A stretch of 64,000 bases of DNA from Nitrospirota bacterium. GTDB taxonomy: Bacteria; Nitrospirota; UBA9217. The stretch lies in contig CAWIYV010000011.1 of the NCBI GenBank assembly GCA_963840455.1, forward strand, positions 64,001-128,000, in the 5' to 3' direction. Shown piece by piece: positions 51,045-62,300 of the stretch. The notes beneath the pieces were generated by a model. The model did no database searches. It was given only the letters and a program-made list of their open reading frames with translations, and was not told the DNA's origin. Numbering within the stretch: the first letter of the stretch is position 1; each line of letters starts with the position of its first letter. Position numbers and translations under genes: made by a program.

Positions 51045-52499
51045 TCATGGGGCAGGTGCTGTTCTCTGGGTCACCGGGAGCGTGACGAGGAAGGTCACGC
51101 CCCAGTCACGGTTGTTCATCGCGCGGATGGTCCCGCCGTGCTGTTCGATGAGCCGTTTGGTGATGGCAAGTCCGAGCCCCGTCCCCTTGGCCTTGGTTGT
51201 GTAAAAGGGCTGGAATATCTTGTCCACCATCCCGGGGTCCACGCCCTCACCGGTGTCCGAGACACCTATCTGCAAGGCATGGGAAACGGGATCGTAGGAC
51301 GACCGGACCGTCACCATGCCACCCTGGGGCATGGCCTCGGCGGCATTGACGATGAGGTTCATGAACACCTGCTGGAGCTGGAGCGGGTCGGCCATGATAT
51401 CCCATATCCGGGGATCGAGGAGCTTCACGATCTTGACCCCTTTCCCTTCCGCGGACATGAACACGGGAAGACGCTGGGCAAGGCTGATCGTGGCCTCAAG
51501 GACGCTGTTCACATCCACGGCCATGAACTGCGGCTTCGGCGGGCGGGCGAAGTTGAGCAGGCTCTTCAGGAGTGCCTCGATCTTCTTGATCTGTTCGATC
51601 GATTTCGTCAGCAGGGACCGGTCTTCAGCGGGAATGACCGAATCGGCGACAAGGACCTCCAGTGACGCCTTGACACCGGCAAGGGGGTTCTTGATCTCAT
51701 GTGCCAGCCCGCCCGACATCTCTCCGAGCAGGAAAAGCTGCTCGGCCCATTGCATGTTCAGGTACTGCTCCTTGAGCGACGATGCCATTTCGTTGAACGA
51801 TTCGGCAACCTCGCCGTACTCGTCGTGAAGCTTCGGGATCCGGTAGTCCAGATCACCGCTCTTGATGCGTCTGGTCGCCGTCAAGAGCTCCTTTACCGGC
51901 CTCGTGAAACGCTGCAGGAACACGATGGCCAGGATGAGGACCACGAGCGGAGTCGTGAACAGGAGGGTGTAGAGGATCTGCCGCGTTCTCGTCACCTCGT
52001 CGAAGGCGGCCAGGGTGCGTGCTTCGAGCTTCGAACTGGTCATCGAGACGATGTTGTTCACGTCGTTCAGGAGCTGCAGACCGAGCTGGTAGGCGTTGTC
52101 CTCCTCCTGCTCCATCCGGGCCTTGTTCGCCCGCAGCGTGAAGACCCGGCTCATCGCGGTTTTGAAGGCATCGACCTGCTCTCGAAGGGACACCAGCCGC
52201 TCCTGGATGGCCGGTTCGTGGTGGCACTCAAAGCAGGTGCTCACCGTGCTGCTCATGGAACGCATATGGTTGACGATCGCATCAAGGCTGCGTTCGTATC
52301 GTGTGTTCTTGAGGTACAGGTCCGCCTGCGACCGCTTGATCTCAAGCTGGAGGTGCTCCCTCAGGATCTCGATCTGATGGAGCCGGATAAGGTTGGCCGT
52401 CTTGTCCGAAGCGCTCTCGATCGTGGCGATGATGTAGAGTCCGCTTGCGAGAAAGATGAGGGAGAACAGGATGAGGCTTATGATGATCTTCTTCTTCAT
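51045..52499 (-). CDS. Histidine kinase with periplasmic CxxCH
   Basis: TCFECHH between two TMs; HAMP; AHEIKNPL; GTGLGL. Confidence 0.9.
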   Translation of the reverse strand: MKKKIIISLILFSLIFLASGLYIIATIESASDKTANLIRLHQIEILREHLQLEIKRSQADLYLKNTRYERSLDAIVNHMRSMSSTVSTCFECHHEPAIQERLVSLREQVDAFKTAMSRVFTLRANKARMEQEEDNAYQLGLQLLNDVNNIVSMTSSKLEARTLAAFDEVTRTRQILYTLLFTTPLVVLILAIVFLQRFTRPVKELLTATRRIKSGDLDYRIPKLHDEYGEVAESFNEMASSLKEQYLNMQWAEQLFLLGEMSGGLAHEIKNPLAGVKASLEVLVADSVIPAEDRSLLTKSIEQIKKIEALLKSLLNFARPPKPQFMAVDVNSVLEATISLAQRLPVFMSAEGKGVKIVKLLDPRIWDIMADPLQLQQVFMNLIVNAAEAMPQGGMVTVRSSYDPVSHALQIGVSDTGEGVDPGMVDKIFQPFYTTKAKGTGLGLAITKRLIEQHGGTIRAMNNRDWGVTFLVTLPVTQRTAPAP

Positions 52500-53446
52500 C
52501 AGTTGTTCAGATAATCGTAGGTGGCGAGGTTGAGTTTGCTGTCCCGCACGTAATCGTAGACCGCGCGGTAGTCGCTGTCCCTGGTCAGAATGAACCTCCG
52601 TGCGCCGAACGCCTTGAGCACCTTGGCGCCCTCCGGATCGCTGTCCATGGTCAGTAGCTCGTTCTGAATTCGGCTCTTCAGAGCGCTATCCAGGCCTTTT
52701 CGCACCGCCAGCGCATTCTCCGGTACCTCGGGAGATTGGGCAAGCACGACCAGTTCTTCACTGATCCGCTTGTCGCTCTGAGCAAGACGGTCGAAGACCG
52801 TGTTCTTTGCAGCCCCCATGTCCGCTTTTTTGTTCAGAACATCGTAGATTGCGTCCTCGTGGGTCCCCGTGAAATAGTATTCGCGGAGGAAGGTCCGGTA
52901 GTTCTTTTTATGCTGTCGAAAATACGCCAGGGGAAGAAGATATCCGGCCGTTGTGGCCTTGTCCACGAACGCGAAGCGCTTGCCCTGCATCTGCTCCAGG
53001 GAACCGATCCCGCTGTCCTTCCGGACGAAGATCAGCCCGTGGTAGGTGGAAGCCCCGTCGAGCCCCTCCGGCCGGGCAAGCACATCGACGCCCAGCTTGA
53101 CATGGGCGAGGGCATAGGTGAAGCTGCCGAAGAATGCTCCGTCCATCTTGGCCGACTGGAAGTTGCTGATGATATTCCCATAGCGGGAGAGTATGACAAG
53201 CTGGATCTCGATGCCGGTCCTGCGGGCCAGGTAGCGGGTGAGCGGTTCATAGCGATCCATCTGCTTGAAGAGGCTCTGCTCGGGAATAAGACCGATGAGC
53301 AGCGGTTTAGCGCGGCTCGGTTCGGCTGCCGTCTTCGGAGCAGGCGGGTCCTCCGTCCCCCGGCAACCGGCACCTGCAATGAGCAGAAGGAACGCAGCGA
53401 GCAGCGAACAAACGGACAGCGGTCTCATCAAACGGGAGTTCAGCAT
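52499..53446 (-). CDS. PhnD-like (phosphate/phosphonate family) substrate-binding lipoprotein
   Basis: AGC lipobox; FAFVDKATTAGYLLP; GTHED. Confidence 0.88.
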   Translation of the reverse strand: MLNSRLMRPLSVCSLLAAFLLLIAGAGCRGTEDPPAPKTAAEPSRAKPLLIGLIPEQSLFKQMDRYEPLTRYLARRTGIEIQLVILSRYGNIISNFQSAKMDGAFFGSFTYALAHVKLGVDVLARPEGLDGASTYHGLIFVRKDSGIGSLEQMQGKRFAFVDKATTAGYLLPLAYFRQHKKNYRTFLREYYFTGTHEDAIYDVLNKKADMGAAKNTVFDRLAQSDKRISEELVVLAQSPEVPENALAVRKGLDSALKSRIQNELLTMDSDPEGAKVLKAFGARRFILTRDSDYRAVYDYVRDSKLNLATYDYLNN

Positions 53447-53834
53447 GGTGCACTATATTATAACTGATCCCCGGCAATGTCAATGCACCATCGATGCGCT
53501 ATTTCCTGGCCTGGTGAATGCGGAACCGTAGTTTTGGGCCTTCCCCTTCGCAAGTGGGTTGAGTATGCACGGCGATGATTTTTTTCTGCACCCCGGCCCA
53601 CAGGTCCGCGCAGGCATGCACTGCCGGTTCTGATACCAGGCTTTTTCAGGAATCGCAGCTCTTCCCCTCGCCCGGCACGGCCGGGCTCGGCCGTGTTTGC
53701 CTGTCTTCGTGGTGGCACTGGCTGTTGTTGCTTCCGCATGCGTGTGCGCGAACCTGTTCACGGGATGCAGGGGCCTTGGGAAGGGCAGAAGCGTGAGGCT
53801 TTACCCAAACTCCGCACGTCTCTGGAGCGGACCT

Positions 53835-53960
53835 ATGCGTTTCTTGGGCACCCATCTTGGCCTAAGGCCGCGTCCCACAGGGCGATGCGCACTGTTTGAG
53901 GCCGAAGGCCGAGTTTGCGCGATCGAGCAGACGTGGCCTTAGATGGGTCAAGAAAGGCAT
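53835..53960. repeat. Long imperfect inverted repeat
   Basis: atgcgtttcttg..acccatct..ctaaggccgcgtc pairs with gacgtggccttagatgggtcaagaaaggcat. Confidence 0.75.
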
Positions 53961-54049
53961 TGTCGCCCCCTGCAACACACTGCAGGGGTCTCCGATCCTC
54001 AAGGAAGTTACTATTCTAACCGCTCGCTATGCGCTCGCTCCTGGATTAA
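53960..54049. mobile_element. Inverted copy of the MITE-like element lacking one hairpin
   Basis: ccctgcaacacactgcagggg..cgatcctcaagg..atgcgctcgctcctggattaa is the reverse complement of 54222-54337. Confidence 0.75.
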
Positions 54050-54221
54050 GGACGCGAAAGGGATGTGCAAAAGCATCCACCAGCAACCAGGCGCAAATAG
54101 TCAGACACGTGCTGCTCTCACTGACAAAGAGCTGTCATTTCGCCAACTCAATAAGGAAAAGATCCCGTAATTTTGATTGGCCGGTCCAACTGCCCGGCAC
54201 CCGTTGCCCGTCGTGAACACA

Positions 54222-54337
54222 TTGGATCCAGGAGCGAGCGCATTCCCGCAGTTATTTGCGGGTCAGCGAGCGATTATAAATAAACATTCTACCCTGAGGA
54301 TCGAAGATTCCCTGCAGCGTGCTGCAGGGAGCTTCAA
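54222..54337. mobile_element. MITE-like element, most complete copy
   Basis: Two hairpins (cccgca..tgcggg and tccctgcagcgtgctgcaggga); TTG..TTCAA ends. Confidence 0.8.
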
Positions 54338-54416
54338 CGGCAAACGCGCCGTGCTCATGCTGTTCCCATGCACCTTTGACCTCGACCCCTGCACGCTTGA
54401 CCTTGAAACGTGCCTA

Positions 54417-55595
54417 TCATGCGTACTGCCCCGCAGCAAAGCCCGAAGCCCAGGCCCAGTGCAGGTTGTACCCGCCGAGCTCGCCGGTCACGTCCACCAC
54501 CTCGCCGATGAAATAAAGCCCGGGCACCTTCTTCGCCTCCATCGTCTTCGACGACAGCTCGTCCGTGTCCACGCCGCCTGCGGTCACCTCGGCCGTCGCA
54601 TACCCCTCGGTGCCCTTGGGCAGCACCTTCCAAGCGTGGAGCCGTAACGCGGTCTCTTTCAACTCCCGGTCCGAGGTCTGGTCGAGCGGTTTCGACGCCA
54701 CCATCTGGTCGCACCATGCCTCGGCGAACCGTTTCGGGAAGTGTCCGGACAGGAGGTTCCGCAGCTCCATCCTGCTCCTCCGTTTGGCAGTAAGGATTTC
54801 GAGAATGTCCGTGCCGGGCAGAAGATCGATCACGAGCGGTTCTCCGGGCGTCCAGTACAGCGACGCCTGGAGCGCTGCCGGGCCGCTCAGGCCCCGGTGC
54901 GTGAACAGGATGCTCCCCCGGAAACGCTTTGCCCCGCAGGAAACCGCGGCATCGAGGGAGATCCCGGCGAGCTCGTGGAACACCTTCTGGTCCCGTGCCG
55001 AGAAGACAAAGGGCACCAGCGCCGGCCGGGGCGGTACAACAGCAAGGCCGAACTGCCTTGCCACGTCAAGACCGAAGCCGCTCGCGCCGAGGTTGGGATA
55101 GGAGGGCCCGCCGCTGGCGATGACCAGCGCGTCGGACCGGAACACGCCGGCATCCGTCGTCACGGAGAACGCCTCCGCCTTCGCGATATCGGCGACCTTG
55201 ACCCCGAACCGCTCCTCGACCCCCGCCCTACGGCACTCCTGCCCGAGCATGGTCATGATCTCGCGGGAGCTTGTTACACAGAAGATCTGCCCGGCCTCTT
55301 TTTCGTAATAGGCGATGTGGTGCTTTTCGGCGAGGGCCAGGATGTCGCGGGGAGTGAAGCGCGCGAGGGCGGACTTGCAGAAGTGGGGATTGCGGGAACA
55401 ATAGCGGCCGGCGTCCGCGTTCAGGTTCGTGAAATTGCACCGTCCCCCGCCGGAGATGAGGACCTTCGATCCGGCCCGGGGTGCGTGGTCCAGCACCAGA
55501 ACTGACCGGCCGCGTCTGCCGCATTCAGCGGCGCAGAGAAGGCCGGAAGCGCCGGCCCCGATAATGATGACGTCCTTCTGTTTTATTGATGTCAC
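54417..55595 (-). CDS. HI0933/BaiN-family flavoprotein
   Basis: GAGASG, SGGGRCNFTN, FTHRGLSGP, GGYNLHWAWASG. Confidence 0.95.
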   Translation of the reverse strand: MTSIKQKDVIIIGAGASGLLCAAECGRRGRSVLVLDHAPRAGSKVLISGGGRCNFTNLNADAGRYCSRNPHFCKSALARFTPRDILALAEKHHIAYYEKEAGQIFCVTSSREIMTMLGQECRRAGVEERFGVKVADIAKAEAFSVTTDAGVFRSDALVIASGGPSYPNLGASGFGLDVARQFGLAVVPPRPALVPFVFSARDQKVFHELAGISLDAAVSCGAKRFRGSILFTHRGLSGPAALQASLYWTPGEPLVIDLLPGTDILEILTAKRRSRMELRNLLSGHFPKRFAEAWCDQMVASKPLDQTSDRELKETALRLHAWKVLPKGTEGYATAEVTAGGVDTDELSSKTMEAKKVPGLYFIGEVVDVTGELGGYNLHWAWASGFAAGQYA

Positions 55596-55677
55596 AACGG
55601 TCTCGGGGAATGAGGGAGCGGACCGGTGTCTTCAGGCCCTTGTTGAGTTCGATCTTCTTCCCCTGCTTCCGGGAGAA

Positions 55678-56016
55678 CTATTTCTTGGTCTGGTGGCAGC
55701 GCTTGCAGTTGGCGTTGTCGCCCATGGCGAAGGCCTTTTTCCCGTTGTGGCAGAAACCGCAGAACTTTCCCTCTTTCATTGCCGCCATGGTCATCTTGTC
55801 GGCGCCCTTTTTGGTCTGGAACAGTCCGGCCGTATGGCATGTATCGCAGTGGAATCCTCGTTTGGCATGCACCGTACCGTCGAACGTGACCGGGCCTCCG
55901 GCGCCGCCGGGCCAGGTGAGGTTTACACCTTCGGGAACGGCCGACGACACTCCGGGGAACAGGAACAGCACCAGGGAAAGGACCAAATAACAAGTGGAGA
56001 TAATGCTCTTTGACAT
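55678..56016 (-). CDS. Triheme c7-type cytochrome
   Basis: Signal peptide; CDTCH, CGFCH, CKRCH. Confidence 0.92.
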   Translation of the reverse strand: MSKSIISTCYLVLSLVLFLFPGVSSAVPEGVNLTWPGGAGGPVTFDGTVHAKRGFHCDTCHTAGLFQTKKGADKMTMAAMKEGKFCGFCHNGKKAFAMGDNANCKRCHQTKK

Positions 56017-56144
56017 TGTACGCCTCCCGGTAGGACCATGATACTCACGTTCTATTATACCACAGAGTTTTCCGTTGCCAGGATAAAGATGACGCTCCCT
56101 GCTGCAATCCGCGGGAGATGCGCCAGTTCCCGGCTCCGGCCCGG

Positions 56145-57374
56145 TTACTCATACCGCAATGCGTCGATGGGGTTGAGCAGCGATGCCTTGTAGGCCGGGT
56201 AGAATCCGAAGAAGATGCCGATGAATCCGGAAAAGCCGAAGGCCAGCACGATCGACAGCGGGGACACAACCGTGGGCCAGCCGGATATTGATGAAAGGAC
56301 CATGGCCGTGGACACCCCGGTAATGATGCCGATGACGCCTCCGATCAGGGATAGCGTGAGCGCCTCGATGATGAACTGGAGCCGGATGTCCCAGGTCTTG
56401 GCGCCGATCGCCATGCGGATGCCAATCTCCCGCGTCCGCTCGGTGACCGATACAAGCATGATGTTCATGATGCCGATCCCTCCTACCAGCAGCGAGACCG
56501 ACGCGATGGCCCCCAGCAGCAGGGTCATCACCTTGGTGGACTGCTCCGCGGCCTGCATGACCTGGGTGAGGTTCCGCACGGTGAAGTCATTGTCCTGTTT
56601 CTGGCCGATATGGTGGCGCTGCTTCAGCAGTTCGTTGATCTGCCGTTCCGCAGCGGACAGGCTCTCGGCGCTCTTGGCCTTGACCACAATGATCCTGACC
56701 ATGCCCGGGAACTGGGTTCCGAAAAGCTTCTTCTGCGCCGTGGTCACCGGGATCATGATCGTATCGTCCTGGTCCTGCCCCTGGGCGTTCTGCCCTTTTT
56801 TCCCCAGGACGCCGATCACCGTGAAAGGGACGTTCTTGATCCTGATCGTCTGCCCCACGGGGTTCTGGTCCCCGAAGAGATTGTCCACCACGGTCTGCCC
56901 CAGCAGGCAGACCTTGGTCGCGCTCTTGACGTCCTGCGTGGTAAAGGACCGCCCGGCAGCCAGGTCCCATTCCCGTACGACCAGCAGGCTCGGCGTCGTC
57001 CCGATGACGCCGGTAGACCAGTTCAGATGGCCGAACATGACCTGGGCGACGCCGTTGTGGATTGGGGCCGCGTCCGCCACGGCCGGACATTCCTTGATGA
57101 TCGCCTCGGTATCGTTCATGGTGAGCGTGGGCTGCGTGCCCGCCCCCATCCGCACACCGCCGGCGGTCGTGGCCCCCGGCAGGATGATCAACAGGTTGCT
57201 CCCCATGCTCGATATCTGCTCGGCGATCTTGCGGCTCGCGCCGGTGCCCACGGCGACCATGGCGATCACCGCGCCGACGCCGATGATGATGCCGAGCATC
57301 GTGAGCGCCGAGCGCATCTTGTTTACGCGCAGGGCGCGGAATGATATCTTGAATGTGGATGGAATGTTTATCAT
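56145..57374 (-). CDS. MacB-type ABC permease
   Basis: RSALTMLGIIIG, GGIGIMNIMLVSVTERTREIG. Confidence 0.95.
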   Translation of the reverse strand: MINIPSTFKISFRALRVNKMRSALTMLGIIIGVGAVIAMVAVGTGASRKIAEQISSMGSNLLIILPGATTAGGVRMGAGTQPTLTMNDTEAIIKECPAVADAAPIHNGVAQVMFGHLNWSTGVIGTTPSLLVVREWDLAAGRSFTTQDVKSATKVCLLGQTVVDNLFGDQNPVGQTIRIKNVPFTVIGVLGKKGQNAQGQDQDDTIMIPVTTAQKKLFGTQFPGMVRIIVVKAKSAESLSAAERQINELLKQRHHIGQKQDNDFTVRNLTQVMQAAEQSTKVMTLLLGAIASVSLLVGGIGIMNIMLVSVTERTREIGIRMAIGAKTWDIRLQFIIEALTLSLIGGVIGIITGVSTAMVLSSISGWPTVVSPLSIVLAFGFSGFIGIFFGFYPAYKASLLNPIDALRYE

Positions 57375-57386
57375 GTCAGTCGATGG

Positions 57387-58091
57387 CTACGTGATCGTCT
57401 CGTCCTTCTTCACTTCCTCGTCGCTGACGATATGTCCATCAAGGAAGCGGATGATACGCTTGCTGAAGGCCGCGATGTCAGGCTCGTGGGTCACCAGGAT
57501 CACCGTGATGTGGGAATCCCGGTTCAACCGGACGAAGAGCTCCATGATCTCGACGCTCGTCTTGGTGTCGAGGTTGCCTGTGGGCTCATCGGCCAGGATG
57601 ATCGGCGCGTCGTTCACCAGCGCCCGGGCGATGGCCACCCGCTGCTGCTGGCCGCCCGAGAGCTGGTTGGGATGGTGGTCTTCCCTCCCTTCGAGTCCTA
57701 CGCTCTTCAGGGCCGCCATGGCCCGTTCGCGCCGCTCCGTGGCCGAATGGCCGTTATAGAGCATGGGCAGCTCCACGTTCTCAAGCGCTGAGGTCCGGGA
57801 AAGCAGGTTGAAGCCCTGGAACACGAAGCCGAGCTTCTTGTTCCGGATCTCGGCGAGCTCATCGCGGGAGAGCACGCCGGTATCGACGCCATCGAGCAGG
57901 TAGTGGCCGTCCGTCGGCGTGTCCAGGCAGCCGAGGACGTTCATGAACGTCGACTTGCCCGAGCCCGACTGCCCCATGATGGCGACGAACTCGCCCTTGT
58001 CGATGGTCGTGGAGATGCCATCGAGCGCACGCAGGTCGATGTCGCCAAGCCGGTACACCTTGCTGATCTTTCGTGCTTCGATAAGGGCCAT
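57387..58091 (-). CDS. MacB-type ABC ATP-binding protein
   Basis: [25 protein letters not shown]. Confidence 0.95.
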   Translation of the reverse strand: MALIEARKISKVYRLGDIDLRALDGISTTIDKGEFVAIMGQSGSGKSTFMNVLGCLDTPTDGHYLLDGVDTGVLSRDELAEIRNKKLGFVFQGFNLLSRTSALENVELPMLYNGHSATERRERAMAALKSVGLEGREDHHPNQLSGGQQQRVAIARALVNDAPIILADEPTGNLDTKTSVEIMELFVRLNRDSHITVILVTHEPDIAAFSKRIIRFLDGHIVSDEEVKKDETIT

Positions 58092-58133
58092 AATTGCTTT
58101 CCAGCCTGCAAGCTTGCATGCTTGCCAGCCTGT

Positions 58134-59345
58134 TTAGAACATCCGCGGACCGGTCGGGCCGGTCTGCGTCTTGCCCTTTTTCAGTGATTCCACGATGACC
58201 TGCTGGCCTTCCTGCAGGTCGCCCGACACGATCTCCGTATAGTTTCCGTCGCTGACGCCGGGCGTGATGCTGACGCGCTTCGGCGTCCCCTGCATTAGGA
58301 CCCAGACGGAAGGCCCCTTCTTCTCGCCTCCGCCCGCGGTCTTCGATCCTGCCCCGGCGACGGCTCCCGCACCGCCGCCCGCGGGACGGTCGGTCATCCG
58401 GAACCGCAGTGAGGCGTTCGTGATCCTGAGCACGTCGTGCCGTGTCTCGATGATGATCGAGACATTGGCGGTCATCCCGGGCATCAGCCGGAAATCGCTG
58501 TTGTTGACCTGGATCACCACGTCATAGGTCACGACATTCTGCACCGTGATGGGGGCCTGCCGCTTCTGCCAGACCTTGCCCTTGAATGTCGTATCGGGAT
58601 AGGCGTCCACGGTAAAATCCACTTCCTGGCCGACCTTCACCGCGCCGATGTCCGATTCCGCCACGTTCGTGTCGATCTGCATTTTGGTGAGGTCCTGCGC
58701 GATCGTGAAGAGCGTGGGGGTCTGGAAGCTGGCGGCAACGGTCTGCCCCACGTCAACGTTGCGGGAGATGACGATGCCGTCCACCGGCGAGTAGATCTTC
58801 GTGTAGCTCAGGTTCGTCGCCGCGGTCTGGAGAGCGGCCTTCGCCTGGGCCAGCTGTGCCTTGGCGCTGTCATAACCCGTCACCGCGGCATCATAATCGT
58901 TCTTCGCAACGAGGTTCCGCGCAAAGAGGGTCTTGTTCTGGTTCAGGATGCGCTCGGCGTCACGCATCGCCGCGTCGGCGCGGTCCGTATTGGCCTGTGC
59001 TTGAGCGAGTTGGGTCTCGTAGAACGTGGGGTCGATCTGGGCGATGATCTGCCCTTTCTTTACGAGCGAATTGAAGTCCGCATACAGCTCCTTGATCGTT
59101 CCCGATACCTGCGTCCCGACCTGCACGGTGGTGACGGGGTTCACCGTGCCGGTTGCCGTCACGGACTGCTGGACATCACCCCGCGTGACCGGATCGGTCC
59201 GGTATGCAACCTCGTTGCCTCCGCCCCGCAAGACAAAGAAGAGCGCGGTGCCAAGGACGACAAGTGCAACAGTGATGATCGCGAACAGCCGGAACCGGCT
59301 GCTTCCGAGGATCGTGCTGAAATGTGACGGCTTTTCCTTATTCAT
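58134..59345 (-). CDS. MacA-type periplasmic adaptor
   Basis: VGTQVSG, SPVDG, GQTVAAS, PGMTA. Confidence 0.93.
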   Translation of the reverse strand: MNKEKPSHFSTILGSSRFRLFAIITVALVVLGTALFFVLRGGGNEVAYRTDPVTRGDVQQSVTATGTVNPVTTVQVGTQVSGTIKELYADFNSLVKKGQIIAQIDPTFYETQLAQAQANTDRADAAMRDAERILNQNKTLFARNLVAKNDYDAAVTGYDSAKAQLAQAKAALQTAATNLSYTKIYSPVDGIVISRNVDVGQTVAASFQTPTLFTIAQDLTKMQIDTNVAESDIGAVKVGQEVDFTVDAYPDTTFKGKVWQKRQAPITVQNVVTYDVVIQVNNSDFRLMPGMTANVSIIIETRHDVLRITNASLRFRMTDRPAGGGAGAVAGAGSKTAGGGEKKGPSVWVLMQGTPKRVSITPGVSDGNYTEIVSGDLQEGQQVIVESLKKGKTQTGPTGPRMF

Positions 59346-62300
59346 GGGAGACCGCCTTTTTCCGAGTCTGGAATATGTGCATTTTGCCCAGCCGTCGCTG
59401 AAGGCTGTCCATATACAGGTACACGACCGGGGTCACGTAGAGCGTCAGCGTCTGCGAGAAGAGCAGCCCGCCGACCACGGCAAGACCGAGGGGCCGCCGC
59501 GACTCGGCGCCGGCGCCGAAACCCAGCGCGATGGGCAGCGTGCCGAGCAGCGCCGCCATCGTGGTCATCATGATGGGGCGGAAGCGGACAATGCATGCCT
59601 TGTAAATCGCATCATGAGGCGACGCGGCCTCCCGGCGCTGGGCGTCCAGGGCAAAGTCGATCATCATGATGCCGTTCTTCTTGACGAGGCCCACGAGCAG
59701 GATGATGCCCACGAAGGCGTAAACGTTCAGGTCAGATCCGAAGAGCAGCAGCGTCACGAGGGCGCCGAATCCCGCGAAGGGCAGCGCCGACAGGATAGTC
59801 AACGGATGGATGAAGCTCTCATACAGGATGCCGAGCACAATGTAGATCACCAGCATCGCGGCGATCAGCAGCAGGCCCAAGCCCTGCATGGACGACTGGA
59901 AGGCCTGGGCCGTTCCCTGGAAGCTCGTGGTGATCGACGCGGGAAGCACCTGACGGGCCATCTTTCTCACGGCATCGACCGCAGTGCCCAGGGACACATC
60001 GGGCCGGGTGTTGAACGAAAGCGTGACCGCGGGAAGCTGGCCCAGGTGGTTCACCGACAGCGGGCCCACGTTCTGGCTGAGCTTCGACACGCTGCTGAGC
60101 GGCACGAGCTGGCCGCTCGACGAGCGGATATACAGCAGCGAGAGCGCTGCCGGGTCCTGCTGGAACTCCGGGAGGACCTGCATGATGACCTGGTACTGGT
60201 TGTTCGGGGCGTAGATGGTCGACACCTGCTGGGCACTGTACGCCATCGAGAGCCCGCTCTCCACCTGGGCGGCGGTGATGCCGAGCGCTGATGCCTTGTC
60301 GCGGTCGATCTCTACGTTTACCTGGGGGTTCTTGATCTGCAGGTCGCTCGTCACGTCCTGGAGCATGGGCAGCTCGCGCAGTTTCGCCTCGAGCTTGGGA
60401 GTATAATTGTAGAGCTCCGCGGTATCGGGGCTCTGAAGCGTCAGCTGGTACAGGCTCTTGGTCAGCGTGCCGCCGATGCGGATGGGCGGCGGGTTCTGGG
60501 GGAATGCCTGGATCCCGGGCACCTGCGCCAGCAGGGGCCGGAACTTCTGGATCACCTGGTCCACATGCAGCTTGCGCTCGGACCGCGGTTTGAGCTTGAT
60601 GAAGATCCGCCCCTGGTTCCCCGACACGCTCGAGCCGCCTGCGCCCATGGCGGACATGAAGCCTTCCACGTTCGGATCTTTCAGGACGATAGCTGCGAGG
60701 GCCTGCTGGTGCTGCTTCATGGAATCGAAGGAGATGCCCTGGGCCGCCTCGGTCGTGATGAACAGCGCCCCCGTGTCCTCGCTGGGGAGGAAGCCCGTGG
60801 GCATGATCTTGAACAGGAACACCGTTGCGACAAGGAGCACACCCGAAACGATCATGGTTGCACGCCGGTGCAGGAGCGCGAATGTCAGGGTCCGCTCATA
60901 GAACTCCAGCATGGCGGTGAAGAACCGTTCCGATGCCTGGTAGAGCTTCCCGTGCTGCTCATTGCCCGCGTGGGGCCGGACGAACCGGCTCGCCAGCATG
61001 GGCGTGAGCGTGAGCGACACAAATCCGGATATTAGGATGGACATGCCGATGGTGACCGCGAACTCATGCAGGAGGCGTCCGATGATGCCGCCCATGAAGA
61101 AGACCGGCAGGAACACGGCGACGAGCGATATGGTCATCGACAGGATGGTGAAGCCGATCTCCTTCGAGCCCTTGAGCGCGGCCTCCATGACGTTCTCCCC
61201 CATCTCCACATGGCGGATGATGTTCTCGAGCATCACGATGGCGTCGTCCACGACGAATCCCACCGACAGGGTGAGCGCCATGAGCGACATGTTGTCCATG
61301 CTGAAGTCCATGACGTACATGACCGCAAAGGTGCCGATGATCGCCATGGGAAGGGCAAGGCTCGGGATGACCGTGGCCGAAAGGTTCCGGAGGAACAGGA
61401 AGATGACCATCACCACGAGACAGACGGTCAGGACCAGCGTGAACTGCACGTCAGATACGGAATCGCGGATAGACTCGGACCGGTCGAACATGACGTTCAG
61501 GTTCATCGACGCGGGCATCTGCTCCTTGAACGTGGGGATGAGCCGCTTGATGGAGTCCACCACCTCGACCGTGTTCGTGCCGGGCTGGCGCTGGATAGCC
61601 AGAATGATGGCGCGCGTGTCACGGTACCAGCTCGCCACCTTGTCGTTCTCGACGCTGTCGATGACGTCGCCGAGCTCTTGGAGCCGTACCGGCGATCCTC
61701 CCCGGTAGGCAACGATGACAGGACGGTACGCCTTCGCGTCGTTTAGCTGTCCCGTGGTCTGCACCGTGAACGCCTGGTTCGCGCCATAAAGCGTCCCCGT
61801 CGGAAGGTTCGTGTTCGCATTGGCGACCGCATTGGCCACTTCGTCGATGCCGATCCCCTTGCCTGCAAGAGCGCGCGGGTTCAGTCGTACCCGCACCGCG
61901 TATTTCTGGGAGCCGAAGACCTGGACCTGCGCGACGCCGCTGATCATCGAAACGCGCTGGGCGATCAGGGTCTGGGCATAATCATCCACGGTCGACAGTG
62001 GCAACGTCGGAGAGCTGAGTGCCAGATAGAGCACCGGCTGGTCGGCCGGGTTCACCTTGCGGTATGACGGCGGGCTCGGCATGTTCTGGGGAAGCTGTTT
62101 CAGTGCGCCGGCGATCGCCGAGTTGACGTCCTGGGCGGCAGCGTCAATGTTGCGGCTCAGGTTGAACTGGATGTTGATCTGCGTGAGCCCCTGGGCGTTG
62201 ACCGACGTCATGGAGTCGATGCCCGCGATGGTCGAGAACTGCTTCTCCAGCGGTGTCGCCACGGCCGAGGCCATGGTCTCGGGGCTCGCCCCCGGCACGT

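Noticed and set aside
53480-54216. Several short ORFs
   Set aside because: No motifs; largely produced by palindromic repeats
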